DNA from: Chitinophagaceae bacterium
GTDB lineage: Bacteria; Bacteroidota; Bacteroidia; Chitinophagales; Chitinophagaceae
Length of the DNA: 55,606 nt
Assembly: GCA_024643625.1 (NCBI GenBank)
Contig: JAHEMO010000001.1
Location: forward strand, 1-55,606
Direction: 5' to 3'
The position numbers were made by a program, and so were the translations under genes. Below are positions 40,208 through 48,425 of the stretch, in pieces. Numbering within the stretch: position 1 is the first letter of the stretch; each line of letters begins with the position of its first letter. The notes beneath the pieces are model-generated. The model was not told the DNA's origin. It was given only the letters and a program-made list of their open reading frames with translations, and ran no database searches.

Positions 40208-40212
40208 TCAAT

Positions 40213-42660
40213 TTGCAGCAGGCATACACAGCTGAGCAGTTGGCCGCCATATGCGGTGGGGATTTGGTGGGCAATGGGCATGCGGCATTTACCTATGTAA
40301 CTACCGATACCCGCAAGCCCGGCTTTCCGGCCGACACCTTGTTTGTGGCGATAGCAGGATCTGGCCGCGACGGCGCAGCCTTTGTGCCACCCTATTACAG
40401 GTTGGGTGGCCGTATTTTTTTGGTCCCGGCTTGGGAGGATCATTGGCTGCAGGATGCACCCGAAGCAAGCTTTGTGGTGGTGGCTGACACGCGGCTTGCG
40501 TTGCATCAATTGGCTGCCCATCATCGGCGGTTGTTTCGCTATCCGGTTGTAGGCATAACCGGCAGCAACGGTAAAACCATTGTAAAAGAATGGCTGCATC
40601 AGGCTTTGGCACCTGATTATAAAATAGTACGCAGCCCGGGTTCGTACAACTCACAGATTGGCGTTCCGCTGAGTGTATTGCTAATGACGCCAATCCATCA
40701 ACTGGGCATTTTTGAGGCCGGGATATCGCAGCCGGGCGAAATGGCGGCATTGGCAGCCATCATCAAACCCGATATTGGTATACTAACTAATCTGGGTAGT
40801 GCCCATGATGCCGGATTTGCCGGGAAAGCAGAAAAACTTCGCGAGAAATGCCTCCTTTTTGCCGGATCAAACCTCATTCTTGCCCGCGGACAGGAAGTTT
40901 TGGGCGGCCATTGGCCGCAAGAAATTTTACACAAAACGAAGTGCTGGGGTACTTCAGACGCCTGTGATTTTCAGGTAAAAACGCAACCGGTGGTAGCCGG
41001 CAAAAGCAGTTTGGTTTTGGTAGCAGAAAAATCCGGGGGACATATTTGGCAGTTTACCCTGCCCTTTAGTGATGATGCATCGGTGGAAAATGCCATCACA
41101 ACGGCCATTGCCCTTCGGTTATTGGGTATTGAGGCGGATGCCATACCTGCCCGAATGGCTGCCATACACCCCATTGCCATGCGCATGACCATGGAGGCGG
41201 GTATTAACAATTGCCGCATCATAAACGACAGCTACAGCCACGACGAACATGGCCTGGTGCTGGCTCTCAATTATTGGCGCGAACAAACCCGGGGTCATAA
41301 AACCATCATCATAAGCGATCCCGGCGATATGGATGCGCCTGTGGAAAGCCTGGTGGCATTACTACAACAACAGGATTTGCACCGGTTGGTTATGGTAGGT
41401 CCAAAACTGAAGGCAATAACTCTGCCCTCACATACAGCAGCACATGTACATGTGTACGCTACCACTGCACAATTGCTTGACAATTTACCTGATATCGGCT
41501 TTCATAATGAAACCATCCTCATAAAGGGAGCCAGGCGTTTTGGCTTTGAATCGGTAGCAAAATTGCTCACCGAAAATCGTCACCAAACGGTGTTGGAAAT
41601 TGACTTGAACGCTATTCGTGATAACCTGAATACTTATCGCAGCAGGCTTGCTGCTGGTGTTAAGACCATGGTGATGCTGAAGGCATTTGGCTATGGCAGC
41701 GGCGATGCCGAAATAGCCAAGATGCTGGAAGGGGCCGGTGTAAACTATTTGGCTGTAGCCTATCCCGGTGAAGGCATCGCCCTACGCAAAGCCGGCATAC
41801 AGCTTCCTATTATGGTATTAAATGCCGATGAGGAATCATATGGTCAATTGATTAGCTGGAACCTGGAACCCGAGGTATATAGTATGCCGGGATTTCATGC
41901 TTTCAAAAAATTTGCCGGTGAAGCAGGGCTTAAAGATTTCCCGGTACATATTAAGATAGATACAGGCATGCATCGATTGGGTTTTTTGCCCGCCGAGGTA
42001 GCGGAATTAGGCCATTTGCTAAATACCACTGATGTAATGCGTGTAAAATCAGTCTTTACCCATTTTATTGCTGCCGAGTCTGCCGATGCCGATGAGGTTA
42101 GCCAAAATCAGATAGCGCTTTTTGTAGCGGCAAGTAATCAACTAGCTACCGTAACGGGGACTTCATTTCTTCGCCACATGGCCAATAGCCATGCTATCCT
42201 CCGCTTTAAAGAAGCGCATTTTGATATGGTTCGGCTAGGGATTGGATTGTATGGAGGTGCTGGAGGGAGCAAACATGCACTGCGCCTTCGCACCACCATA
42301 GCGCAAATAAAGCCGGTAGCACAGGGAGAAATTGTAGGATATGGATTGGATAACCGTATGCCCCACGATGGAAAAATTGCGGTGCTGCGTATAGGCTATG
42401 CCGACGGGTTGCCCAGAAGCCTCGGGCGCGGTGCCTGGCAAGCCATTATCAAAGGACAGGTTGCGCCAACTGTGGGCCACATTTGCATGGATATGTGTAT
42501 GGTAGATATCTCGCATATCTCCGGCCTGGCAGAGGGCGATGAAGCTGAAATATTTGGCCCGGCCAACCCGCTGGAAGATTTAGCGGGGGCAGCCAACACT
42601 ATCAGCTACGAAATTATGACCGGCATCTCGCAGCGCGTACCGCGCCGATATTGGCAGTAA
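40213..42660 (+). CDS. alr: Bifunctional MurF-like ligase / alanine racemase
   Basis: GITGSNGKT, SYNSQIGVP (Mur domain); MLKAFGYG, HIKIDTGMHRLG, GYADG, CMDM, YEIM (Alr). Confidence 0.92.
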   Translation: MQQAYTAEQLAAICGGDLVGNGHAAFTYVTTDTRKPGFPADTLFVAIAGSGRDGAAFVPPYYRLGGRIFLVPAWEDHWLQDAPEASFVVVADTRLALHQLAAHHRRLFRYPVVGITGSNGKTIVKEWLHQALAPDYKIVRSPGSYNSQIGVPLSVLLMTPIHQLGIFEAGISQPGEMAALAAIIKPDIGILTNLGSAHDAGFAGKAEKLREKCLLFAGSNLILARGQEVLGGHWPQEILHKTKCWGTSDACDFQVKTQPVVAGKSSLVLVAEKSGGHIWQFTLPFSDDASVENAITTAIALRLLGIEADAIPARMAAIHPIAMRMTMEAGINNCRIINDSYSHDEHGLVLALNYWREQTRGHKTIIISDPGDMDAPVESLVALLQQQDLHRLVMVGPKLKAITLPSHTAAHVHVYATTAQLLDNLPDIGFHNETILIKGARRFGFESVAKLLTENRHQTVLEIDLNAIRDNLNTYRSRLAAGVKTMVMLKAFGYGSGDAEIAKMLEGAGVNYLAVAYPGEGIALRKAGIQLPIMVLNADEESYGQLISWNLEPEVYSMPGFHAFKKFAGEAGLKDFPVHIKIDTGMHRLGFLPAEVAELGHLLNTTDVMRVKSVFTHFIAAESADADEVSQNQIALFVAASNQLATVTGTSFLRHMANSHAILRFKEAHFDMVRLGIGLYGGAGGSKHALRLRTTIAQIKPVAQGEIVGYGLDNRMPHDGKIAVLRIGYADGLPRSLGRGAWQAIIKGQVAPTVGHICMDMCMVDISHISGLAEGDEAEIFGPANPLEDLAGAANTISYEIMTGISQRVPRRYWQ

Positions 42661-42758
42661 ACGGTTTTTCAACATTACCTTAGGACTTGCGGCGGATGGT
42701 GTGTGGTGTAAATAAGGATGTTTGTTGGCCAGATTTTATTCATTATAAATAACCCATT

Positions 42759-43439
42759 GTGCGAGCAAAGCATGTAATCGTTATCATATTACTGGTTTTG
42801 GCTATCGACCAGATTTTCAAGTTTTACATCAAAACCAACTTTTATCTGGGCGAAGACCATAAGATTTTGGGCGACTGGTTTCATCTTCATTTTGTAGAGA
42901 ATGAAGGCATGGCCTGGGGCTGGAAGTTGGGCGAAAGCGGAAGTTGGGGTAAAATAGCCCTCACGGTGTTCAGGTTGGCGGCGGTTGGTTTCGGCGTGTA
43001 CTTTCTTCGCGATATACTTCGTAAGCAAATGCATGCTGGCTTTATCATTTGCGTAGCCTTAATTTTTGCCGGAGCGGTAGGCAATCTAATCGACTCCCTG
43101 TTTTATGGCCTGGTATTTGAAGCTAGCGATCCGTTGGCCAGAAATGTTGCCGCCTTCCTGCCCGAATCGGGCGGGTACGCCGGCCTCTTTCACGGTAAAG
43201 TTGTAGATATGCTTTACTTTCCCATCATCAGGACCACCTATCCGGACTGGATGCCATGGGTTGGTGGAGAGCCATTTGAATTCTTTAGCCCGGTGTTTAA
43301 TATTGCTGACGCCAGTATTTCTATTGGGTTGATTATAATACTTCTGTTTCAAAAACGTTTTTTTACCAAAGAGCATGAAAAGGCCGGACAAACAGTGGAA
43401 ACCAGCGTAAGCACGGCCGACGATGTTCAGGTAAATTAA
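42759..43439 (+). CDS. lspA: Lipoprotein signal peptidase II
   Basis: DQ..K, ENEGMAWG, GNLID, VVDM, FNIAD. Confidence 0.93.
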   Translation: MRAKHVIVIILLVLAIDQIFKFYIKTNFYLGEDHKILGDWFHLHFVENEGMAWGWKLGESGSWGKIALTVFRLAAVGFGVYFLRDILRKQMHAGFIICVALIFAGAVGNLIDSLFYGLVFEASDPLARNVAAFLPESGGYAGLFHGKVVDMLYFPIIRTTYPDWMPWVGGEPFEFFSPVFNIADASISIGLIIILLFQKRFFTKEHEKAGQTVETSVSTADDVQVN

Positions 43440-43492
43440 TCCGTCAGGGTTCGGAAAACTGACGGTATCAAAATAACTTAAGTTGGTACCCT

Positions 43493-44545
43493 ATGGTAGT
43501 CCATAAGAAAAATAAAGTGGCGGTTGTTGCCTTATCGCTGCTGATGCTGTTGGCGATAGGCTGCAGCAAGGAGCTTAGCAACGAAAATGGTAATCCCAGC
43601 GGATTGCCCGATGGCGGAACTGATGGTCAGGGCACATCTGCCGGAAGCCTGCTGGGTGCGGGCGGTGCCTGCGCCAATTTTGTGGTATTTGGAGCCTATG
43701 GTATCGGCCTTCCTGCAGATACGAGCAATTATGTTCGGGTATCCCTCAACATTACTACTCCGGGTACTTTTATCGTTTCGTCCGATACTTTGAACGGCGT
43801 TTATTTTGCCGGATCGGGCAGTACGGCCACCACCGGAACTGTGACCGTTGATTTGAAAGCCAATGGCACACCGGCACAAACCGGTGTATTTGCATACAAT
43901 GTGCTTTGGAAGGGTAGCAATTGTTCCTTTCAGGTAAATGTCTTTACCGTTGAACCCATTGGAACCGGTGATTATTTTCCCCTGACGGCCAATAGCAACT
44001 GGACTTATAGGAACAATAACCCCACGGCTTCGGACACTTCTCGGCAGTTGAGTACCGGAAAGCAGGGCGTGTTGCCGCCCGGTACCACCTATAATCTCTT
44101 TACTACGGATTATGGCATTGGTGTTCTCGATTCCTCTTTTTATCGGAGGGCTGCCAACGATTATCGTGAACTGGCGGATGTGGATGTGATTGGTGTTTCC
44201 TCCGGGGCGCTTATCGAAGATTTTATTTTCTTAAAGGATAACCAGCCTGTTGGCACCAAATGGGAAACCAGTTTGCTGGAAGGCCCTGCGGCCAGTGGAA
44301 CAGGTACTGTAAAAACGAAACGAACTTTTGAGATTATTGAAAAGGGGACAAAAGCTGCTGTTTTTCAGAAAGTGTACCAGCAGGTAATTAAAATTCGGGT
44401 ACAGCAATTGGTTCAGTCAGGTACAGGTAGCTTTACTACTGCCGTTACTTACGAAACCTGGTTTGCCAAAGGTGTTGGCCTCATTAATCTGACTGCCGCT
44501 GCCCCCATTTATGGCTACGGTCTCATCAGGCATCAGGTATTTTAA
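43493..44545 (+). CDS. Hypothetical lipoprotein (beta-rich)
   Basis: Lipobox AIGC followed by SKELSNE; DYFPLT...W motif; C-terminal WFAKGVGLI. Confidence 0.75.
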   Translation: MVVHKKNKVAVVALSLLMLLAIGCSKELSNENGNPSGLPDGGTDGQGTSAGSLLGAGGACANFVVFGAYGIGLPADTSNYVRVSLNITTPGTFIVSSDTLNGVYFAGSGSTATTGTVTVDLKANGTPAQTGVFAYNVLWKGSNCSFQVNVFTVEPIGTGDYFPLTANSNWTYRNNNPTASDTSRQLSTGKQGVLPPGTTYNLFTTDYGIGVLDSSFYRRAANDYRELADVDVIGVSSGALIEDFIFLKDNQPVGTKWETSLLEGPAASGTGTVKTKRTFEIIEKGTKAAVFQKVYQQVIKIRVQQLVQSGTGSFTTAVTYETWFAKGVGLINLTAAAPIYGYGLIRHQVF

Positions 44546-44570
44546 AGGAAAAACAGTATACTATCGGGAT

Positions 44571-45398
44571 ATGTGCAATTGGAATAAAGGCAAGGTTGGT
44601 GTAGGATTTTTCATTGGTCTGGCCATGTTGCTATCCATTGGTGCTTGTCAGAAGGAACTCACCGAGGGCTCTCTGCCTCCATTCTGCGGGCCATCTCAAA
44701 TTACCATTTCCAATGGATCGGCAGTATTGTTGCAGTTTATTATCAGCTACGATTCCGCTACACGTTCGGCCACCTCTATTAGCTATACTGCTGGCGGTGG
44801 CGTATCGGGCGCAATGTCCATACGGTATACCCGCGATACCATTTACCTGAGCAATGGAACATATCTGGTAAAAGATGCGGCAGGGCGGATAAAATTTCTC
44901 AATGAGGCGGAAGGACTGCTTACCGATGTGGGTGAGTTCTTTTACACATATAACCAGGCCGGCCAATTGACCGAACGTACTTTTGATGATGGTGTAAATG
45001 AGGTTGAGCGCTACAAGTTTTCTTTTCAGGGCGAGCAACTCAACAAGTATAATGTTGATGCGCTGGGTGTAACGGATTTGCTGCTTGGCGAATTAAATTA
45101 CGCAGGCGGCCCCCGTATTAGCGATTATGTATTACTGCAGCATTTTGAGTTACTTCCGGAGTTGATGCCTTATGCCATGCTGATAAAAGCGGGAAACCTT
45201 ACCCCTTACCCCCTTACCACAAACAAGCTTTCCATTAATCAGCCGCCACAGCCCCCGCAAAGTCGTACCACTACTTATAGCGGGTATGCGCAAAATGGCG
45301 ATGGATACCCCACGGCATATGTTGCGGCATTGCCTTCGACGCAGGGTACAGGAACCGTGTCGCTATCCTTTAATTTTGAATATCGCTGCTATAATTAA
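44571..45398 (+). CDS. Hypothetical lipoprotein (YD-repeat-like beta strands)
   Basis: Lipobox IGAC followed by QKELTE; Y.Y...GQL repeats; ATG 44571. Confidence 0.7.
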   Translation: MCNWNKGKVGVGFFIGLAMLLSIGACQKELTEGSLPPFCGPSQITISNGSAVLLQFIISYDSATRSATSISYTAGGGVSGAMSIRYTRDTIYLSNGTYLVKDAAGRIKFLNEAEGLLTDVGEFFYTYNQAGQLTERTFDDGVNEVERYKFSFQGEQLNKYNVDALGVTDLLLGELNYAGGPRISDYVLLQHFELLPELMPYAMLIKAGNLTPYPLTTNKLSINQPPQPPQSRTTTYSGYAQNGDGYPTAYVAALPSTQGTGTVSLSFNFEYRCYN

Positions 45399-45433
45399 TT
45401 GCAGGCAAGGCAGGGGCGGAAGCCGGATTATCG

Positions 45434-46069
45434 CTAAAACAACCCAAAAAGGGTGCTGTCTATTCTCGACATGATTTCGCCAAGATGTTCATCGTTTTCT
45501 GGAAACTTATTACGATCTATGTCAATCACCAGCATTTCGCCTTCGCGATAATTGTCGGCAAATTTGTTGTAGTAGTCGTTCAGTTTCTTCAAATAATCCA
45601 GCCTGATATTTTCTTCATACTCCCGGCCACGTTTTTCAATTTGCCCAACCAGTGTGGGTACTGAGGCTTTGAGGTAGATGAGCAGATCGGGAGGACGGAC
45701 CATGCTGCGCAGGGTTTGAAAAAACTGAAAGTAGTTATCAAAATCGCGTTTGCTCATAAGGCCCATATCGTAAAGGTTGGGCGCAAAAATCATGGCATCT
45801 TCATAAATGGTTCTATCCTGAATTACAGTTTCAGAACCTCTTTGTATTTCAAGCAGCTGGTTAAGCCGGCTGTTCAGAAAATAGATCTGCAGATTAAAAC
45901 TCCAGCGGGGCATATCCTCATAAAAGTCAAACAGGTAGGGATTATGATCTACATCCTCAAACTGAGGTATCCACTTATAATGTTTGCTGAGCAACTCCGT
46001 TAAAGTGGTTTTGCCGGCACCAATATTTCCTGCTATAGCAATATGTTTCGGCTTGCTTTTTTTAGCCAT
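45434..46069 (-). CDS. Deoxynucleoside kinase
   Basis: IAGNIGAGKTT, LQIYFL, DRTIYED, PDLLIYL, RGREYE. Confidence 0.93.
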   Translation of the reverse strand: MAKKSKPKHIAIAGNIGAGKTTLTELLSKHYKWIPQFEDVDHNPYLFDFYEDMPRWSFNLQIYFLNSRLNQLLEIQRGSETVIQDRTIYEDAMIFAPNLYDMGLMSKRDFDNYFQFFQTLRSMVRPPDLLIYLKASVPTLVGQIEKRGREYEENIRLDYLKKLNDYYNKFADNYREGEMLVIDIDRNKFPENDEHLGEIMSRIDSTLFGLF

Positions 46070-46204
46070 ATCCTGTTATTCTTTGTGGGCGTATGCCTTA
46101 GTTTCTCAAGGTATTTTTCGTCAGCGGAAAAGTAGGCAATTCAGGTTTGTCGCGCCATTTTTTTTGAGCCCGAAATCATTATTATTACTGCAGCATGTTT
46201 CAAT

Positions 46205-47230
46205 TTAGTAGTATTGAACACCCATAGCCTTTCTTACCAGCGCAATGGTTTCACCGGCGCTACTGCGGGCTTTTTCTTTACCCATTTGCATGATTTTCGA
46301 TAAGTATTGGTCATTCGCCAACAGTTCATTTGTTTTTTCGCGGATGGGTTGCAAAAATCTAATCATATCTGCTGACAGTTGCTTCTTAAGGTCGCCATAC
46401 CTTATTACCACATGTCCTTCGTATGAATTATTATAGTCATCTTCAAAGCGTGCCACGGTATCGGCGCTGCTTACCAGTTTCATCAGGGTAAATAAGTTTT
46501 CGATATAATCCGGCTTGGTGCTATTAGGGGTAACCGGGCCTGCATCCGTTTTGGCTTTCATTATTTTTTTCTGAATCAGGCTATCGTCATCCGCCAAAAA
46601 AATAGTGTTCAATTCATTTTCGCTCTTGCTCATTTTGCCATTGCCATCAAGGCTCAGTATTTTAACCAAATCGCCCCCGTCATAGTTGAAAGCATAGGGC
46701 TCAGGCAATATGGTTTCACTACCACCATAACGATAATTGAAGCGTTGAGCAAAGTTCCGCGCCATTTCCAGGTGTTGCTCCTGATCCTTGCCTACAGGTA
46801 CTTTGGCCGCCCGGTGAATAATAATATCCGCTGCCTGTAGCACGGGGTAGGTAAGCAGGCCGGCATTGATATTTTCAGGATGCTGCCTTACTTTTTCTTT
46901 GAAAGTGGTTGTTTTTTCCAGTTCGCCTTTATAGGCCAGCGTATTGAGGTACAGATACAATTCTGCAATTTCAGGCACATCGCTTTGCACATACAGCGTC
47001 ACTTTTTCCGGATCGAGGCCGCAAGCGATATTTTCGGCTACTACTCGTTTTACGCTGTTTTTCAGCTGACTGGTATCCGGGTGCGTGGTCAGGCTATGCC
47101 AGTCGGCTACAAAAACAAAGCATTCAAATTGGTGCTGCAGTTGCAAAAAATTGCGTGTGGCGCCAAAGTAATTGCCGAGGTGTAAAAACCCCGTAGGACG
47201 TATACCGGTAAGAATCCGCTCATTTTTCAT
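46205..47230 (-). CDS. trpS: Tryptophanyl-tRNA synthetase
   Basis: HLGN (HIGH), YPVLQAADI, VGKDQ, KMSKS. Confidence 0.97.
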   Translation of the reverse strand: MKNERILTGIRPTGFLHLGNYFGATRNFLQLQHQFECFVFVADWHSLTTHPDTSQLKNSVKRVVAENIACGLDPEKVTLYVQSDVPEIAELYLYLNTLAYKGELEKTTTFKEKVRQHPENINAGLLTYPVLQAADIIIHRAAKVPVGKDQEQHLEMARNFAQRFNYRYGGSETILPEPYAFNYDGGDLVKILSLDGNGKMSKSENELNTIFLADDDSLIQKKIMKAKTDAGPVTPNSTKPDYIENLFTLMKLVSSADTVARFEDDYNNSYEGHVVIRYGDLKKQLSADMIRFLQPIREKTNELLANDQYLSKIMQMGKEKARSSAGETIALVRKAMGVQYY

Positions 47231-47373
47231 AGGCCGGCGAAGATAAGCAGGGGTTTATTTTGCACTTTTTTCCCGAATAATCTTTTTTCTTACAAGATTA
47301 TTCATCAATTCAAAGGGCTGACTACATATATTTGGAGGAAACGTAGCAATTCTGTTATCCTTCTTTCTTATCT

Positions 47374-47982
47374 ATGAGAAGCTACTCAGCTCGATTTGAC
47401 AAGCTTTACCTACATGTTACGGAAATGCTTGCTGGTCTTCCGGAACAGCTGAGCTACCATAATCTTGCCCATACTCTAGATGTTATAAATCAGGTACAGG
47501 TAATAGCAGAAAATGAAAAGCTGACGGATAAAAAGAAGCTTGACCTGCTTACTACTGCCGCCCTGCTGCACGATTCAGGATTTTTGAATGTGTATAAGGA
47601 ACATGAGCGTAGGGGCTGCGAAATTGCCGATGAATTGCTCCCGTCTTTCAGTTATTCCAAATCGGAAATAGACTATATCGCCACACTTATAATGGCCACC
47701 CGCATTCCCCAATCGCCATTGGACAAGCTTGGCGAGATGCTTTGCGATGCTGATTTGGATTATTTGGGCCGAAAGGATTTTGATCCTATTTCCGAAACCC
47801 TGAAGAAGGAGTGGATATCGTTCGGCATTATCACTACGCAAGAAGAATGGATGCAAAAGCAAGTAGCATTTTTTAAGCTTCATCATTATTTTACAAGCTA
47901 CAGCAACAGGGTGCGTACGCCGGTAAAAGAGATTCACCTGAAAGCTATTTTGAAGAAAGTGAACGGTCAGGCTTCGCTTTGA
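47374..47982 (+). CDS. HD-domain phosphohydrolase (YHN..H..DV, PDE-like)
   Basis: SYHNLAHTLDV, LLHDSG, HE, LCDADLDYLG. Confidence 0.85.
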   Translation: MRSYSARFDKLYLHVTEMLAGLPEQLSYHNLAHTLDVINQVQVIAENEKLTDKKKLDLLTTAALLHDSGFLNVYKEHERRGCEIADELLPSFSYSKSEIDYIATLIMATRIPQSPLDKLGEMLCDADLDYLGRKDFDPISETLKKEWISFGIITTQEEWMQKQVAFFKLHHYFTSYSNRVRTPVKEIHLKAILKKVNGQASL

Positions 47983-48413
47983 CGCCTGGCGGCGGCTGCA
48001 GCTTTTTTGTCCTCATCTCTAAGTCTGCGGCATAGTGTGGCCAAAATACCTTTTAGTACATGGCTGTTTTGTATCATCACTTCCATAAATGGTTCCTGCT
48101 TCAGGCAGAGCAGTAAGCATTCTTCGGCGGTAGTTACGTCGGCCGATCTGGGTTCTGCATCCAATAGCGATAATTCACCAAACATTTCACTGCTATGCAA
48201 AGTGGCAAATACGTGCGCCCCATCGTGAATGCGCACACTGCCCTGATGAATAATGTACAAGCTATCGCCAATATCACCTTTATTAAATATTAAAGCGTCC
48301 TCATCTAATTCCATCTCCTCCATGATCATGGCAATGTCCACCAAATCCTGTTCGGGTACTTCTTTAAAAATATCGGTGGACTTTAGTGCAAGTACCTTTT
48401 CTACCATCAACAT
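47967..48413 (-). CDS. Stand-alone cyclic-nucleotide-binding domain protein
   Basis: GDIGDSLYII..G.V, FGELSLLDAEPRSADV (phosphate-binding cassette); no HTH. Confidence 0.9.
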   Translation of the reverse strand: MLMVEKVLALKSTDIFKEVPEQDLVDIAMIMEEMELDEDALIFNKGDIGDSLYIIHQGSVRIHDGAHVFATLHSSEMFGELSLLDAEPRSADVTTAEECLLLCLKQEPFMEVMIQNSHVLKGILATLCRRLRDEDKKAAAAARRQSEA

Positions 48414-48425
48414 GGTTACGGCGTA

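Noticed and set aside
40213-42660. MurF-Alr fusion, split 5'-nucleotidase, and gldF/gldG without gldA as novelties
   Set aside because: All are common arrangements in Bacteroidota.
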